Of a stretch of DNA of 64,000 nt, positions 24,801 to 39,100 are shown one piece after another (the stretch's first letter is position 1; every line of letters begins with the position of its first letter). Under the pieces are notes generated by a model. It was not told the origin of the DNA and ran no database searches. It saw only the letters and a list, made by a program, of their open reading frames with translations. The DNA is taken from assembly GCA_030141605.1 (NCBI GenBank), contig JAQGDQ010000214.1, positions 62,001 to 126,000 of the forward strand. The letters run 5' to 3'. The position numbers and the translations under genes are program-made. Source of the DNA: Tubiluchus corallicola. Its lineage: Eukaryota > Animalia > Priapulida.

Positions 24801-25066
24801 CTAATATTCTGGATAAAGATCTTCTAAACCTGCGAATCTGCCCAGCTGCCCAGTGTTCATACTGAGAGTAATCTCTTGCATGCTTTGAATATCGTTGCCA
24901 TTAAGTGTAGGAGTTAATTAGTATGTGAGTGGCAGACGATTTTTAGGCGAATAAAAATAAAAAAATAAATTAATACAAAAATATCGAAAGACATCGATGC
25001 TTGATTCAGTACGTTGAGCCTATACTGAACCATAGCGTAAACTACATGAAAAAGCCTGCTTCTAGA

Positions 25067-25314
25067 AATCACCATGTTTATTGAGCGACGATCGTTTCGG
25101 TTAGTGTAGCCATTATCAAACTATAAATCAAGCTAAAAAGAAGAATAAATAACAGGTTAATAATACAAAATCATAATAATAGGTTAATAATACATCGACT
25201 GAAATTATGCCTTTGATCATTAATGTATTGTTTATTCTTCTTTTTTGGTTTGATTTATGGTTTGATAATGGCTACGCTAACCGAAACGATTGTCGTTCAG
25301 TAAACGTGGCGATT
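25067..25314. mobile_element. Inverted repeat (about 88-bp arms) carrying Penelope-type minimal hammerhead-like motifs
   Basis: Arms 25067-25154 and 25228-25314 are imperfect reverse complements. Each reads TTGATAA-TGGCTAC(A/G)CTAACC-GAAAC-GAT(C/T)-GTC on its own strand. Confidence 0.6.
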
Positions 25315-26470
25315 GTGTCAACTGTTTACGTTTAGAGTTGGAAAATGAAACACAAGACTGTGCATGCTGTGTTTTTTTAAGTGACTTAGTTTTTACATAT
25401 TCTCACCTATATGCTGCACAGTTTATAAAAGATAATTAAGCTTAGATGTGGTCGCATTTGCTAAAGTAGTTCCTAGCCTGCTGGTGTTGCTATATGTTAA
25501 CACTTTACTTGGTTTAAAATTTAATCAATCATTTTGCTCTTTAAGGCTAGTGCGCAAAAGTGACTACAAGACTGTAATTAATCACGTTTCTCTGTGAATT
25601 TTAGACAGGCAACCTAAGCTGACAAAAGACTAAAACCCAAGAGATTCAAAAAACAAAACTGCGCTGTCTTTAGAACGGCTATGACTGCCAATAACGGTCA
25701 CCTTCCTCAATACTGGTTAAGATCTGGACTGAAAATTGGAGGGCCAAAAGAGAAGGAGTTGCAACGCGTCTCTGTCATTGTAGCTGTACTATTGTTACTA
25801 ATACGTTAATATTGCGTTATGTAAAAACTTTATTTATTTTAAGTAGATAGACACACAGTAATTTTACTGATCGGAGTTTTTCCACTGTGCAACAAATACA
25901 TTTTAGGTGGGAACAGATATGTACAACTGGTTATTAAGAATGTAGTTACATTGATAGTTAACTCAAAAACACAAGTTATTCATTAATTAACACTTAAAAT
26001 TGAAATATACAAAGCCCACAGAGTTACGAAAAGATACCAGTAACAATAATTATCAATGTACATCATCCTAAAAGTATTGCGTTAGCTTCGTTTTTGTAAT
26101 TTAAAAAGAGAATCGAATGACGGGTGACCAGCGCGTGATTATAATCTTATCTATAATTAGCAATTTAGCTTCCTATAAGACGGAAGACTCTTTTTGTTAC
26201 TTAAAAAGGGAATGGACGATGGTAGACCATTGCGTGATTATAATCTTATCTATAATTGGCTGATTTGGCTTCCTATAAGTTGGAAGACCAAAAGTATCTT
26301 ATTACTGACTGCAAACATTTAAACATATTATGTCGATATCGTTTGTGTGTATTTTTCGAGCGAATTACAATTGCATTTACCTGGAATTATAGAGGTAATA
26401 TAAATGCTGTCCTATCAATGACTAATGTGAGTTTACAATGGTTGGGAGTGATGAGAGTTAACTCATATAT

Positions 26471-26650
<180 letters not shown>

Positions 26651-27614
26651 TATTAAAACAGACTACAAAAGTTATTTACAAAAAAGTATGTACAGTATTT
26701 TGACGAGGATTCTCTCCTATGCAAGCTTTCCCCTATCCCCATGGAAATCGAATCTGCAGCCATTTCCCCAACCGTATCACCACGAAATACTCTTTCCATT
26801 GGACAACTCAGTTATGACAAGCTTACCGTTATTTAAAAAGTCCGTATATAACTACTATCTGATTTCGGGTACATTTCGCGGAAATTACCCTGCTTTGGGC
26901 ATTGTTGGCTGCATATAATACGTTTAATAAACATGGTGTCCTACAAGCAGATTGTTGAGATTTACTGCAAACATGAAGTTTAAACATTGGTGTCGCTTAT
27001 CAGTCACTAATGTAAATCGATCAAAGAAGCTTGACAGAATGAAGCACAGCACTCAGTTTGCTTTCCAGTTCTCTCTCTACTAAAAACAAGGCGCACAATA
27101 ACAGGTCCATTGCTTCAACCGGTGGCTGTTTTGCATTACCTTAATTAGTGCACATATGGTTTCTTTTGAAACCTGTTCCTCAGTAAATGTAAAGCTTCGC
27201 CGCTGTGGATTGTATTACTAGTACATAAGCTCCATCGAAGGCATGAGTTCACTGCTTGTGGTTTTAGGCGCGCCGTGTGCACGCAAAATTATGCCGTAAA
27301 CGTAATGCCGTCCACGTTTCACATACAATATGTCCAGCAAAGATGAAATACAATAACTGCATCTCTTGCAACAGTTTTTTATTGGACAAACTGCAATAAC
27401 TGATTTGATCGCCGGGGAAGGCTGACGATATTCATATAATGTCGAGATTAAATATCGATTCGATCGGATTTTGCGAACAATTTTGTTAGCAATCTTTATT
27501 TATTTGTAAGCAAAGAAGCAAACAGAGCAAACCCAATAACAATCCACAGAGTGAAACTAATAAAAAGCAAACTACAAATTGAATAAAAATAACTTCAACA
27601 AACAATTTTCAAAC

Positions 27615-28228
27615 TTAAAGGAAAACAGGATGATTTCTCATATCACGTATTCTAGTCCGTGAAAAATTATACATTTTAACACAATTAATACTGCAAAAGC
27701 GTTTCTGATAATTCAATAATAGATTAAAAACTTAATAAACGGCGGGCGAGCCCAACTATTGATGACATCACAAACTAACATAATTTTCAACAGCAAAAAT
27801 ATTCCACGAGCGTGTTTGCAAAAGCGAAAATTGAAGTACTGTGCTACTGTAAGATATTTAGTGTGTTATACTAAAACTAGGCAAGCTTTAAGATAAAAAT
27901 TCAAATTTCGAATTTATTACTGCACTCAGACGAGCTGTTGAACGTGTGCAGTTCGTCACAAACTAACGCATTCTGAACTGAGAGGTACAGCGCCTGTTTT
28001 TGTGCATTGCGTTTCCGAAATGCAGACACTAGTGCCCGTCTAACCAGCGAATGGCAAAATGCATGTACCAAGGAAGGACTAATGTTGCGAACGTGAAATT
28101 GTGTTTGTGTGGCAATAATTCTTTAACGTAACTCATCTTTGAAAAAAACATAGAATGATTCCGTTCAATATTTTAAAGAGTAGATTGTTTTGACCTACTG
28201 TTTAAGATTAGATTTCGGTTTCCCTTAA
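27615..28228 (+). mobile_element. Kolobok-like TTAA-flanked element, copy 2
   Basis: TTAAAGGAAAACAGGATG ... TTTCGGTTTCCCTTAA. Colinear with 20992-21601. Confidence 0.75.
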
Positions 28229-28389
28229 AAAGCTGGCGTTCATTCAAAGTTTAACAATAACGATTTCTTTTTAGGAAAAACATGCATTTAATTTGTGGTG
28301 ACAGGTTCATAAAATCACCTAATAAGTATTTTTAAAGAAAAATTAATTTCATGTCAAAATGATTTTTTGCATTTTTGCATTTTGAATTA

Positions 28390-28467
28390 ATATATATGTG
28401 TATATGTATATAATATATTTAATAGTCATACTGATATATATACTGATATATATATATATATATATAT

Positions 28468-28501
<34 letters not shown>
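28390..28501. repeat. (AT)n microsatellite
   Basis: Directly visible. Confidence 0.9.
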
Positions 28502-28504
<3 letters not shown>

Positions 28505-29894
28505 GAAACAAGATTTTTAAGTTAAAACATCAAATCTGTCTTTAATGTCTTCGTCCTACTTAGTTAATCGACATTTATCTCGAATAAATTATAATTACAA
28601 AACTTTATTTTGCGAAGGAAAAATGTTAAATAATTGAGAAAAAATTAATCTTTGTTTACACATTTATGACGAATATGGTACACATTCCGAAAATGTTCTT
28701 ACCCGGCCGAGTTGGTACGTCAGTGATCATAGATAATAAAATCTGATGTGCATTTTTGATTTACCGCAAGTTTATGGAAACAAACTAAGCGATACACCAG
28801 CCGCCTACACGATCAACCACTATGAAAACCACTAAGTTGCTACCACCAACAATGAAGCTGGGTTAGAATTCTAACGGTAAAGTTGAGAAGTGCATTTGTG
28901 TGTGCGGGAAGCCTTCAGCTGCAAGCGAAGCCAGTTTAGTGAGGAGGCGTGACGGCAACGCTTGTATAAAACCATTCTCTTGCAATTCCTGATAAAACTC
29001 TCATTGCAGTACGATAAAACTAAGCGTGGGTAATTTGTAACTTCACACCAGTTAATGATGCTTTACATCAAAACTCACAGTAGTCATCAAAACAGCTGAT
29101 GTGGTTGGGTTTTCGAACACAAGTTAAGGCTGGTAGGGGTGCCCAGATTAAGACCTCAAGAGGACCTATAAGCACTGAAAATATTATAACACCCCCATAT
29201 ATGTGCAATTCAGAATAAAAGCAATACAAAACTGTAAAATGAAATTTTATCTTTCGAAATGAAACAAGATTTGTGTTTACAGTAAATGCTAGGGCCATAT
29301 TAACCTGTTTTCAGTATTTTTATAAGCATTACCACACTTGATTTATATTATAACACATACAATCAATCCACTATATGGGTAGTGAGGAGCTCAGACTGTT
29401 CAGTAGGCAGAATCTTGATGCCCTGTCCGTATTGTTAATGTAAACAACCACACATATTTCGGTACATTTTACTTGTGGGTAATTACTCGATTTAAAGAAA
29501 ACTGTGTGGGGCCCCTCTTCCCCTGAGGCTCTAAGCACATTAATCCAGGGCTGACAGTACTCCATGAAAAGCAATTTAGATCTCTTAAACCACTGAGTAT
29601 GTAAGTAGGTCTAAATAAGAAGTGTAGTTAGATCATCAAAAATTTGTCTGTCTCTAGATGTTAAACCGCACCTTACGCCCCGACCCATTTCTTTCATCCA
29701 TCATGATCATCCACTGGCATTACCCTTGCCATCAACTAGTTACCCACATCATTACAGCCACAAGACCCCACCGTAGTCCAAGGGAATACAGTCTGGCCCG
29801 CTCGGGGTCTCAGCATAGGCTTTTTAGGATGTAAAAAATATTTGACGATAGGATCCCTTATATGAGAGGTAATTTACCTGGGTTTCTATTACGC

Positions 29895-30045
29895 GGGACC
29901 TGAAGATATCGTCCCTTATAACCGAAAGTCCGTTATATCCGAGTACCTTATATACGAAGATTTTTATAAGGAAAACGTTGCGAAAAATCGGAACTGGTGT
30001 TGGTGGTCGCTTATAAGCGAGTACCTTATACCCGAGGTGACTGTA
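29895..30045. mobile_element. Tc1/mariner-pogo-like MITE terminal fragment
   Basis: Repeated CTTATAACCG/CTTATACCCG subterminal motifs ending in ...CGAGGTGACTG-TA, the typical CAGT/TA terminus. The other end was not found. Confidence 0.45.
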
Positions 30046-32153
30046 TAATGACAAATGCTACGTCACTGCTGTTGTCAATTGACTATAGTTTGTATTCTGA
30101 GCTATCGCTTCAAGGATTTACCAATCATGCAATCACTTGTAGTTGCTTTACTTGCTTATCAAAGCACAAAGCAGAGTCAGCAGATTTCTGTAGCGAATAA
30201 GTTAAAAAACAATTGTTCAAAAGCTATTGTACTTGTATATACCGCGTTGTAAGTCACTTTGATATCCTTATAAATGTACGAAAAAAATCTCCAAAGTGAT
30301 TTCGAACAAACGCATGAGATTTTCGCTGCTTTATGATTGCAATGCTAGAGAAATGTGAATAGATTTGAACGTTGTGTATTCTGATGTTTTAGTAAGTAAA
30401 ACTGTGTATTCTTTTATGACCAGAGTTAAAAATTGTAACAACAAAATCTGACGTTTTTTACACTATCTAAATTGTATAATAGATGGCGGCAAGTTCTCTT
30501 CGATTCAAATGCTCACAATTCATGAATATTCACTTTTAACCATTTTTTAATGATCACCAACCTTTATACTATGTAAGTACATTTATTTCCATTGTAAATT
30601 ATTTTCAATCCATATATATATAATGTATGATCTATGAACGTTTAGTTCTAAATAAAATTTTTGCTTACTTATATTTACTCAAAAATATTTGTATAACAGT
30701 AGATAACGGGCCCCATTGGTACAGCTTTTGTCATACATACACCACGACTGTCTCAGTCATAACGAATTATAACAAACACAGATGCATATTTCATATTAGT
30801 CACAGTTACACATCGATTTGCTGGGAAAGGTTAATTGTGAATCTATGCCCAGACCAGAAATATAAATCTACTGGCAAACACGAAGTCACATCTGATAGGA
30901 GAAAAGTCAATAGTCGTCAAATTACGTAACGTTGCAAATGTAAATCCGTGCTAATGAGATGAAAGCGACGAAATTCCAGCAAAGATAATGATTATGTAAT
31001 TAGAATAAAAAACCTGTAAGTGCAAATAGAGCAAAAGCAAAGTGATTTCAAGAAAAATAGATTAGCAAAACGTGCTCTTAATTAATTAAAAATGCCAATT
31101 TACCTCAGAATTTTGAATGAAAAATAGTACGCGAGAAGAACTGTCTGTGTAAAACACAAAACAAACGTAATCCAAACGCAGTAAAACCGATGAGTGTGTA
31201 AAAATGTTTAAAATTTATGAACTTCTGTCTGACTTATTATTGCAAAATTATTTGAGCTGTGATATTATGCATGAGGTGTATTTATGTGTAAAAAAATGTA
31301 TTGTACTTCTGCAAATGGAGAACAACTTAGATTTATTATTATTATATTATATATGAATTAACTATATAATATATGCGTGAAATTTGCATGCATTATTACT
31401 TTCAATGATCAACCCTTCTGACGAACTTTGTTATAAATGCCAATGACACGCTTATAACACACGATAATATTTGCCAACAAGAGTCAACATAGTCAATGGA
31501 ATTACGTGAGCACTGATTCAATAGAACCCAGTAAAAATTTAATAACGGTGAAGCAATAAAACCCAATTCTCAGTAAAAGAACAAGATTTCCTACGTACAT
31601 GTAATAAAACACTAGATGGCAGTTTCAGCAATTTTTGATTGATATAATATTTCCTGTTGCATTCTTGAATGTGCTATGCATTTCCTGTAGCAAAACGATT
31701 TCAATTTTGCATAAACGCAGAAGCTAGGAAATGGTATATTCATAGCATAACTGCAATAGGGTTATATTGTCTAAATTGGCAATAAAATCATGTTAGAGCA
31801 GTTTCACACACTCATTTCCACAACAGTTTACAGCCGGTATTCAATCAACAACTGGGGCAAATTTGAACGTAAAGTTCTATTACAATGTCAGCCATTCTTG
31901 TGTTTAGTTAAAAACTGTGTTTTTGCTATCTCAGTTAAGATAATAAGTTACACACTCGAAAGTTGCTGGTTAGAAGAAACACAGTTCAAAAATTTACATT
32001 AGAGTTTAAACTGCACAGTGTGGGATCATTACACATAAATTTTAGGATTCTGTCTAGATTTCAATGCCACAGCAAGCAACAAATCACAATAAACTTAACC
32101 TTATTTATAATCAGATGTAAATAACCCTAACACATCAGTCTGGATAAAGCTCA

Positions 32154-32600
32154 GTAAAAACAAGAATTCACAATTCTCTCGGTGTAAAAACTGAATTAAG
32201 AATTCACGATTCTCTGGGTGTAAAAACTGAATTAAGAATTCACAATTCTCTGGGTGTAAAAACTGAATTAAGAATTCACAATTCTCTGGGTGTAAAAACT
32301 GAATTAAGAATTCACAATTCTCTGGGTGTAAAAACTGAATTAAGAATTCACAATTCTCTGGGTGTAAAAACTGAATTAAGAATTCACAATTCTCTGGGTG
32401 TAAAAACTGAATTAAGAATTCACAATTCTCTGGGTGTAAAAACTGAATTAAGAATTCACCATTCTCTGGGTGCAAAAACTGAATTAAGAATTCACAATTC
32501 TCTGGGTGTAAAAACTGAATTAAGAATTCACAATTCTCTGGGTGTAAAAACTGAATTAAGAATTCACAATTCTTTCGGTATAAAAACTGTATTAAGAATT
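32154..32600. repeat. 36-bp minisatellite, about 12 copies, downstream of the TNNI3K stop codon
   Basis: Unit AAGAATTCACAATTCTCTGGGTGTAAAAACTGAATT. 12-aa periodicity (EFLIQFLHPENC) in the ORF track. Confidence 0.97.
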
Positions 32601-33136
32601 TACCAGTGTTCTGGGAATTTTTACACAACAAACAGCAAAAATGAAAATTGAGTATCTGTAAGAGAGATTTATAATGAACAGAAATCCACAACAATCTGCT
32701 CTCACTAACTACAAAAATTCATTTCCTCTTATCAACATTTGATCAGCCAGGATTGGCCTTGTTGTTATTGGAAATTAAATTATATCTTTAAATAACTAAA
32801 TACTGTATCAAAAAACTAGTCAGCTAAAACAAATGAATAAAATGTGTCTTGTTTAAATAAACAAAACACATAAAATTAGCAGTGGTATTAGCTTCACATC
32901 ATTCAAGTACAAATTCCTCTGGTAATCATCATAGAGCCAGCAAAGTATTTCGGAAGCCATGGTAACAAATAAGCTCCCTTGTTGTATGAACGTAACAAAT
33001 CAAAACAGCCAGCATGAGACTTGAATTCATGATCCTTTAACTACTAATTCGTGATTTAAATGAGTGTGTTGGGCTTTTTTGTTTTTGACCATATTTCTCA
33101 CTTCTACTAACATAATAAAATATTGGATTCCAGGAG

Positions 33137-36100
33137 TCAGTTTTCTTCCTTATCGTATGCTTTATTTGCTTCTGCAGAAGTAGTTGCAGCTTCCATAGAG
33201 GCTGGTAAATCCTTTTTGACCTCCTTGTCCCTATGGAATTGTGAGAAAATGCTACTTGTAATTGAATACGCAGGAGCTGTGCAAAGTGTCGGTGTTCGCA
33301 GTGTACTGATACTCAACGGATCTGTTACATAACCTGCACAATACAATAAATCTGTATGAATCGCAAGAGAGTACTGCAACATTTAAAGTACATGAAACCC
33401 CTCTACAAAGATAAAGCTAAAACATTGTCTTCAAATTTTATATCACCTACATAGTGTCTTATTGTATACAGAGATTATATTAGCAGTAACGATGTATATA
33501 AGTACGCCCACTATTACTGTTGGGTGCAGCCATTATGATGGTAGATCATCTGAAACAAGTTCAGATAACATTTTGTAAAGTTTGAAAAAAGAACCAGAGC
33601 ATTTGTAGTGCACATTTCACTAACTAAGCAAAAGTATAATTATGGTTCCTTGTTAATAAGATTAAAAATAGGTGGTGAGTCAGTGGTGCATGCTGGGAAA
33701 AATGCAATTTTTCAGTCAGTGCTGTTTCACTAGATGGTGAGAGCATTTTAAATTATTAAGAATTTTCTTTTCTTATTACAGAAGTCTTTCAAGCAAGTAA
33801 GCATACAGCTGAGTAATATAACATTGTGTGGAAAGTTTTTTGGGACATTCTTCAAAATTGCGATTTTCTGAATACGTGCCCAAGTACTACATTTATACTG
33901 CAATTGTCTCTTGAGCATGCTAAAGTCATTGTCTGGGGCCAATTAATTACAATGCCAACAGGCAAACAATGTGACTAATGTAGTTTAACATGGGTTCCAT
34001 TGCCAAACCATCACACTGTAATTACATACACTGCTTAGTAAATGAAAATGAAACTGAAAATGAAAAATCCTCCAGTCAAAGTTCTCCAGCCAAGAAACTT
34101 AATGTCTTTTCGAGATCAATAAACTTAGCAAACCATTACAAAACTGGGTCATTTACAGACAGTTTGCAAAATTCAATGCTCTTGCTAGTCATTTGCTTAT
34201 CAGCTTTGCATTTAATTATCCACAGAGACGTTTTACACTGCAAAAATGAATTGCTTGTTAAAATTGTGTTTGGCTATATCAATAATTAGTTACAATATTA
34301 TCGCATTTATGTAATCCTCAGCATCGTCAAGCAAATGTCATCGACAGAAAGATGCAACTGGATCTCATACATAGATAAGCAAGCTATGCAACAGAATGAT
34401 TTCTGCGTTGGTGGATATAGCTTACATTACATCTTTGTCAATTTCCTGTATTAAGGGTTATTATAAAAGCGAAGAGGAAAAAATTCAATAAAAAAATGTA
34501 GAAATTAGTATTTTAGATATTACATTTAACAAGGACAACTTAACTTCTTCTGATATCAAATGCATTAATGTTCTGCTTGCTAACAACTACAAGTATAAAC
34601 TACTGTATCTCGTCATTAATAAAATTAAAAACACGTGGCGAGTCAGTGGTGCACTGAGAAGGTGAGTGTCTGTTTTGTTTGATCCTATAATTAAATAATT
34701 TCTTAATTTTTTATAGATTTATCAATGGAAGCATAATGAATCAATAAACAAACACTGTACTTTAACAGGTAAGCATAAAAAAAGCCAATTAGTGATCGCT
34801 AAAAGATTAAATGATTAAAAAAAGATTAAAAGATAATCAATAAAATCATCTGGGTAATTTTGCACTTCAATGTTGGCTGTTCAGGGTTAAAAAGCAATTA
34901 CGTTTTATGTTGCGATCAACTTGGTTTTGTGTCTAGAATATTAACGGAGGCAGAAAACAGTAAATAAAAGGCTTTGTGATTTAGTAAGCAGTATAGTGAT
35001 ATGTGAACACAACATTCTCTTTAGCTCTATATGACACAGATGTCTTACAAGAAATAAAGACTGGCTGTGCAAATACATTCATATGTGACACTAAATTAAC
35101 CCTTAGGAGATCAGCGTAGTAGTTTTACACACACCAACAATTTACGCACGAAGATTGGTTTCACATCAGGAAAGCACTTCTGTGCATATTTCATTTTAAA
35201 ATGCGACATTAAACTGCTAAACAAAATACTTCTTTAATAAGCTAACAAGGGGATTTTAATATAGGATCGCTGTTAAAGCCTTTATTGTAAACATTGCACA
35301 AACTACAAGTTCTGCATAAAAAAGACAGTTTAACATCTTTTTTGTAAAATTTTAATGTTAGTTAATTATCTTCAAAGTACTGTAGAATGTTAAAGTGGGC
35401 AGATATTCTCTTAGGAAATGATGCTTAAAAATTTGCTATCATAAAAGTTGTGTAAATTACGAAATTATGCGTCCGATAACTTAATAACAAATTAGCAACA
35501 GCTAAGACATGCCTTGCAAATGTTGTGGAAGGAAAAAAATTCAAGTAAATTATGCTGAAAAACAATGCTCATTGTTAAATGTATTTTCTAAAGCTTTAAT
35601 GTGAACGTACTTACCATATTTGTCAAATACGAAGCAATTTTGCTTTAAAGGTTCCTCACTTGATTTTGTACTAAAAATGCAAAAATTCTCTCATTATTGT
35701 TCTTACAAATTATTCTGCATCCACAAATCAAAGAAATTACAAACGAAAACTAGAATGTTAAAAATTAAAAACTATCATTTGTGTGCTTGCTAACCCCAAC
35801 CATCCATAAGTCGGCATAGTTAAAACTACGTTATGATGCTTCGAAGTAGGAAGGCCCAAAAATTTGGTCAAATGTCAATTTTCCGTATTTTACAAAAACC
35901 AATGCTAACTATATCGGACTTTTGTATTCTTGCATCAGATTATCAAGGAAGTGTTCAAAAATGTAAAAATTTAATTTTTACCCACTTTTCTGGTACTGCA
36001 ATTATAAAAAACTTGTATTTTCAAACTCGGATAGTAGCTCGTGGAACCTGTCATTTTTGTTTCTGTTGCTAAGCCCAGACCTTCACCAGGAAGAGTCATC

Positions 36101-39100
36101 TGCTGGATTTAAATAAAACTTTAATGTGTTCTTGCAAAGTCCATAGCAACCAACATTTGTGCGGTTGCTATATGTTTTTGTAAAAATGTGACAAAAACAA
36201 TGGCGAGCTTTAACAGAGATTTTCTCAAAGTTATGTTTTTCAGTGTGCAGTCTATATCTCATCTTTAATGTGGATTATCTCAGCTTAGAAATAACATAAA
36301 GCGATGAGCTTGGTACCAAAATGATCCTCATGAAATGGAGATTCAGGGTATGCTAATAACTAGAACAGGTCATTCACATACCCTGAATCTCCATGTCACG
36401 AGGATCATATTCATTCTCATGAAGTACATATGCCGACCTATGGACGATTTTGCTATGCAAGCACACATACTTGGACAATCTGAAGTTCAGGTTCTTCAAG
36501 TCTGTATTAATAAAGTTAATAAAAACCTGTGAATAACTAGAAAAACTTAATTGCCGACTAATGCATGATTTTGCTATGCAAGCATACAGTAAATGTTTTT
36601 ATGTAACAGTTTGTTGCCTTGCTTTAAACTGTAAAGCTTAACATTGCATCCAAACAGCATTGTGGTAATCCTGTTTACATAACCTTGGGGAGCTTAAAAA
36701 GAACATTGCATCAAAATTAACATTGCGGTACTCTTGCTTACATAACTTTCAATAGCTTAAAAAGAATAGCTCTGTTGGATACATCACAAAATTTTTATTA
36801 AGATAAGATAAATCATATTATACAAGGAAGCCATTTTGATGGACTTCTACGAAAGCGTAAAACAGTTAATTTGTTTATCGAAAGTCAAACACAGGGCGCA
36901 CCGTTACAAGTTCAATACTTTTATCCATGGTATATTCTTGACAGAAACATTTTCTGCTCCATCTCAATCTATTGGTATTCATTTGCCTGGATTCTTAGAA
37001 TAAAATTGGCAAATACTGATAAAAAACAACTAATGTACAGTTAATCAAACTTATACCTAAGTTAGATATTGTTTTTGTAGATATTATAGGTAAACTTCAA
37101 TCACCTGTTTCTGCTTGAAGCTTCTTGCTCCCAACGTGAGCGTAATGCATTCACATGTCCAGTACTTGGTAGGGTCATTCGGCCAGGATAGGAACAATCT
37201 GCAGTTTCTCCTTGTGTAGCAAATACACTCGATGTGCATACGCCATTTGACAATAAAGCTACGGCATCAGAGTCCTTTGCATCTAACAAACTGTAAGTAA
37301 TCACATACAGTATATTATGAATTGTTTGGTACTGAATTAATCGTGCCGTAGATTGCCTATAGCATCTGCCACAATAGTTTTCTAGTTCTGCTTTCATTTC
37401 CCTCAAAATTCCGTACCAAAAATTTAGCCAATATTAAAACAAAACCGGACCCAAGCTTAAACTGTAGGTCAAAACAATCTACTCTTTAAAATACTGAAGG
37501 GAATACACTATTTTTTCAAAAATAACTTACATGAAAAAATTATTTCCACACAAACACAATTTCCCATTCGCACCACTAGTTCTTCACTGTTACATGCATT
37601 TTGCCATTCACTAGTTAGGTGGGTACTAGAGCCTGCATTTTGGAAACGCATTGCACAAAACACAGGTGCTGTTACAGTACTAAACAGTTCAGATGTGTAT
37701 GCTTGTGACGAACTACACTTGTTTGACAGCTCGTTGACAGAGTGGTAAATTTGAAATTTAAATTTTTATCTTAAAAGTTTTATCTTATAACACTCAATAT
37801 CTTACAGTAGTACTATACTTCAATTTTCGCTTGCTCAAACACAAGCAACCAACTCGTGGAATGTTTTTTCTGTTGAAAATTATGTTAGCTTTTGATGTCA
37901 TCAATAGTTGGGATCGTCCGCCATTAATTAAGTTTTTAATCTGTTGTTTAATTATCAGAAACGCTTAGTATTAATTATGTTAAGATGTACACTTTTTATC
38001 AAACTTTTTATCAGTATATGAAAAATCATCCTGCTTCCCTTTAACTTATAGGCCCGTTTATACATGTAGATAAATCAAGTAATGAATTACAATAGGCCAT
38101 AATTTCTTGTAAAATGTGAGCTTGCCACATCTTCTTACTAATTAGATTAAAGCTAGCTGGAAAATTTTCCAACGCAAGTCATTAGCATAAGCATAAATAA
38201 TCTAGAAAAGACCAATATAGACTACACAATGTCTGCTGCCTCAGAACAATAGCTACTAGGGAAGACATAATATGATTAAAGATCAAATTTAATGTAAAAA
38301 CAAATTTTCTTTAATAAAAAAGAGCTAACTGTAACTTGAAATTTTACACTAATTTTGTTAAATTTTTTGGCTTTGTTCCTAAAATCGGGCCTCGAAATTG
38401 CATTTCCCCAAAATACTTCGTTCAGTTTTGTTGGTGAAACTTCGGTGTGACACAGGCTAAACAAATGTGCTAGCAACGGCTTCCATGGATACCGCATTGT
38501 TTCTGCGGTGTTGCATTTGTAAAACAATGCTAAATAGCAAAATGTGACATGTGATAACCAAATGCAAATGCTACCGTAACTAAGAGATGTATTTTACTGG
38601 CATCATCTAGTGAGGAAAATGCCAAAATGAAGTTCAAGATTTTCTTTGGAAATTGCACCTTCATAAACGATTTCCTCTTATATGAATCCTTACGAAAAAG
38701 TTAAAAGTACCAGGAAATCTTAGCTAGAACATTTTCCTTCTGTTTAGTAAAACTGAAACTTTGTAAAGTACATTGTATTTGACCTTTAATGATATGGCAG
38801 GATTTAAGAATAGTTATGCAGCATAAATTTTCATCATTTATGTAGGCTAAAGTACAGCCTTCAAGGAAAGTACATCCAATTTACAAAATCAATGTAACAA
38901 AGCGAAACCAACACAATTAAAATGTATTTAGTAGAATTATAAATGGAATAAGACGGAAGACTTACACAGGTATAATGTCAGCAAAATCAGGTCTCTCCTC
39001 TGGAACAGCATGCCATGCTTTCTGCATTAATGCAACAATGGGTTTTGGAAATGTGATGGCTAAAGGTGGTCTACTGTTTCTATACGCCAGTTCGGCCGCT

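Noticed and set aside
32101-32694. 197-aa EFLIQFLHPENC repeat ORF; possible CRISPR-like 36-bp repeat
   Set aside because: Contiguous tandem units with no spacers; a minisatellite.
35795-36570. Possible piggyBac-like MITE (CATCCATAAGTCGGCATA / TATGCCGACCTATGGACG inverted match)
   Set aside because: The inverted match is real but the termini and TTAA TSD are not intact, so boundaries and class cannot be supported.
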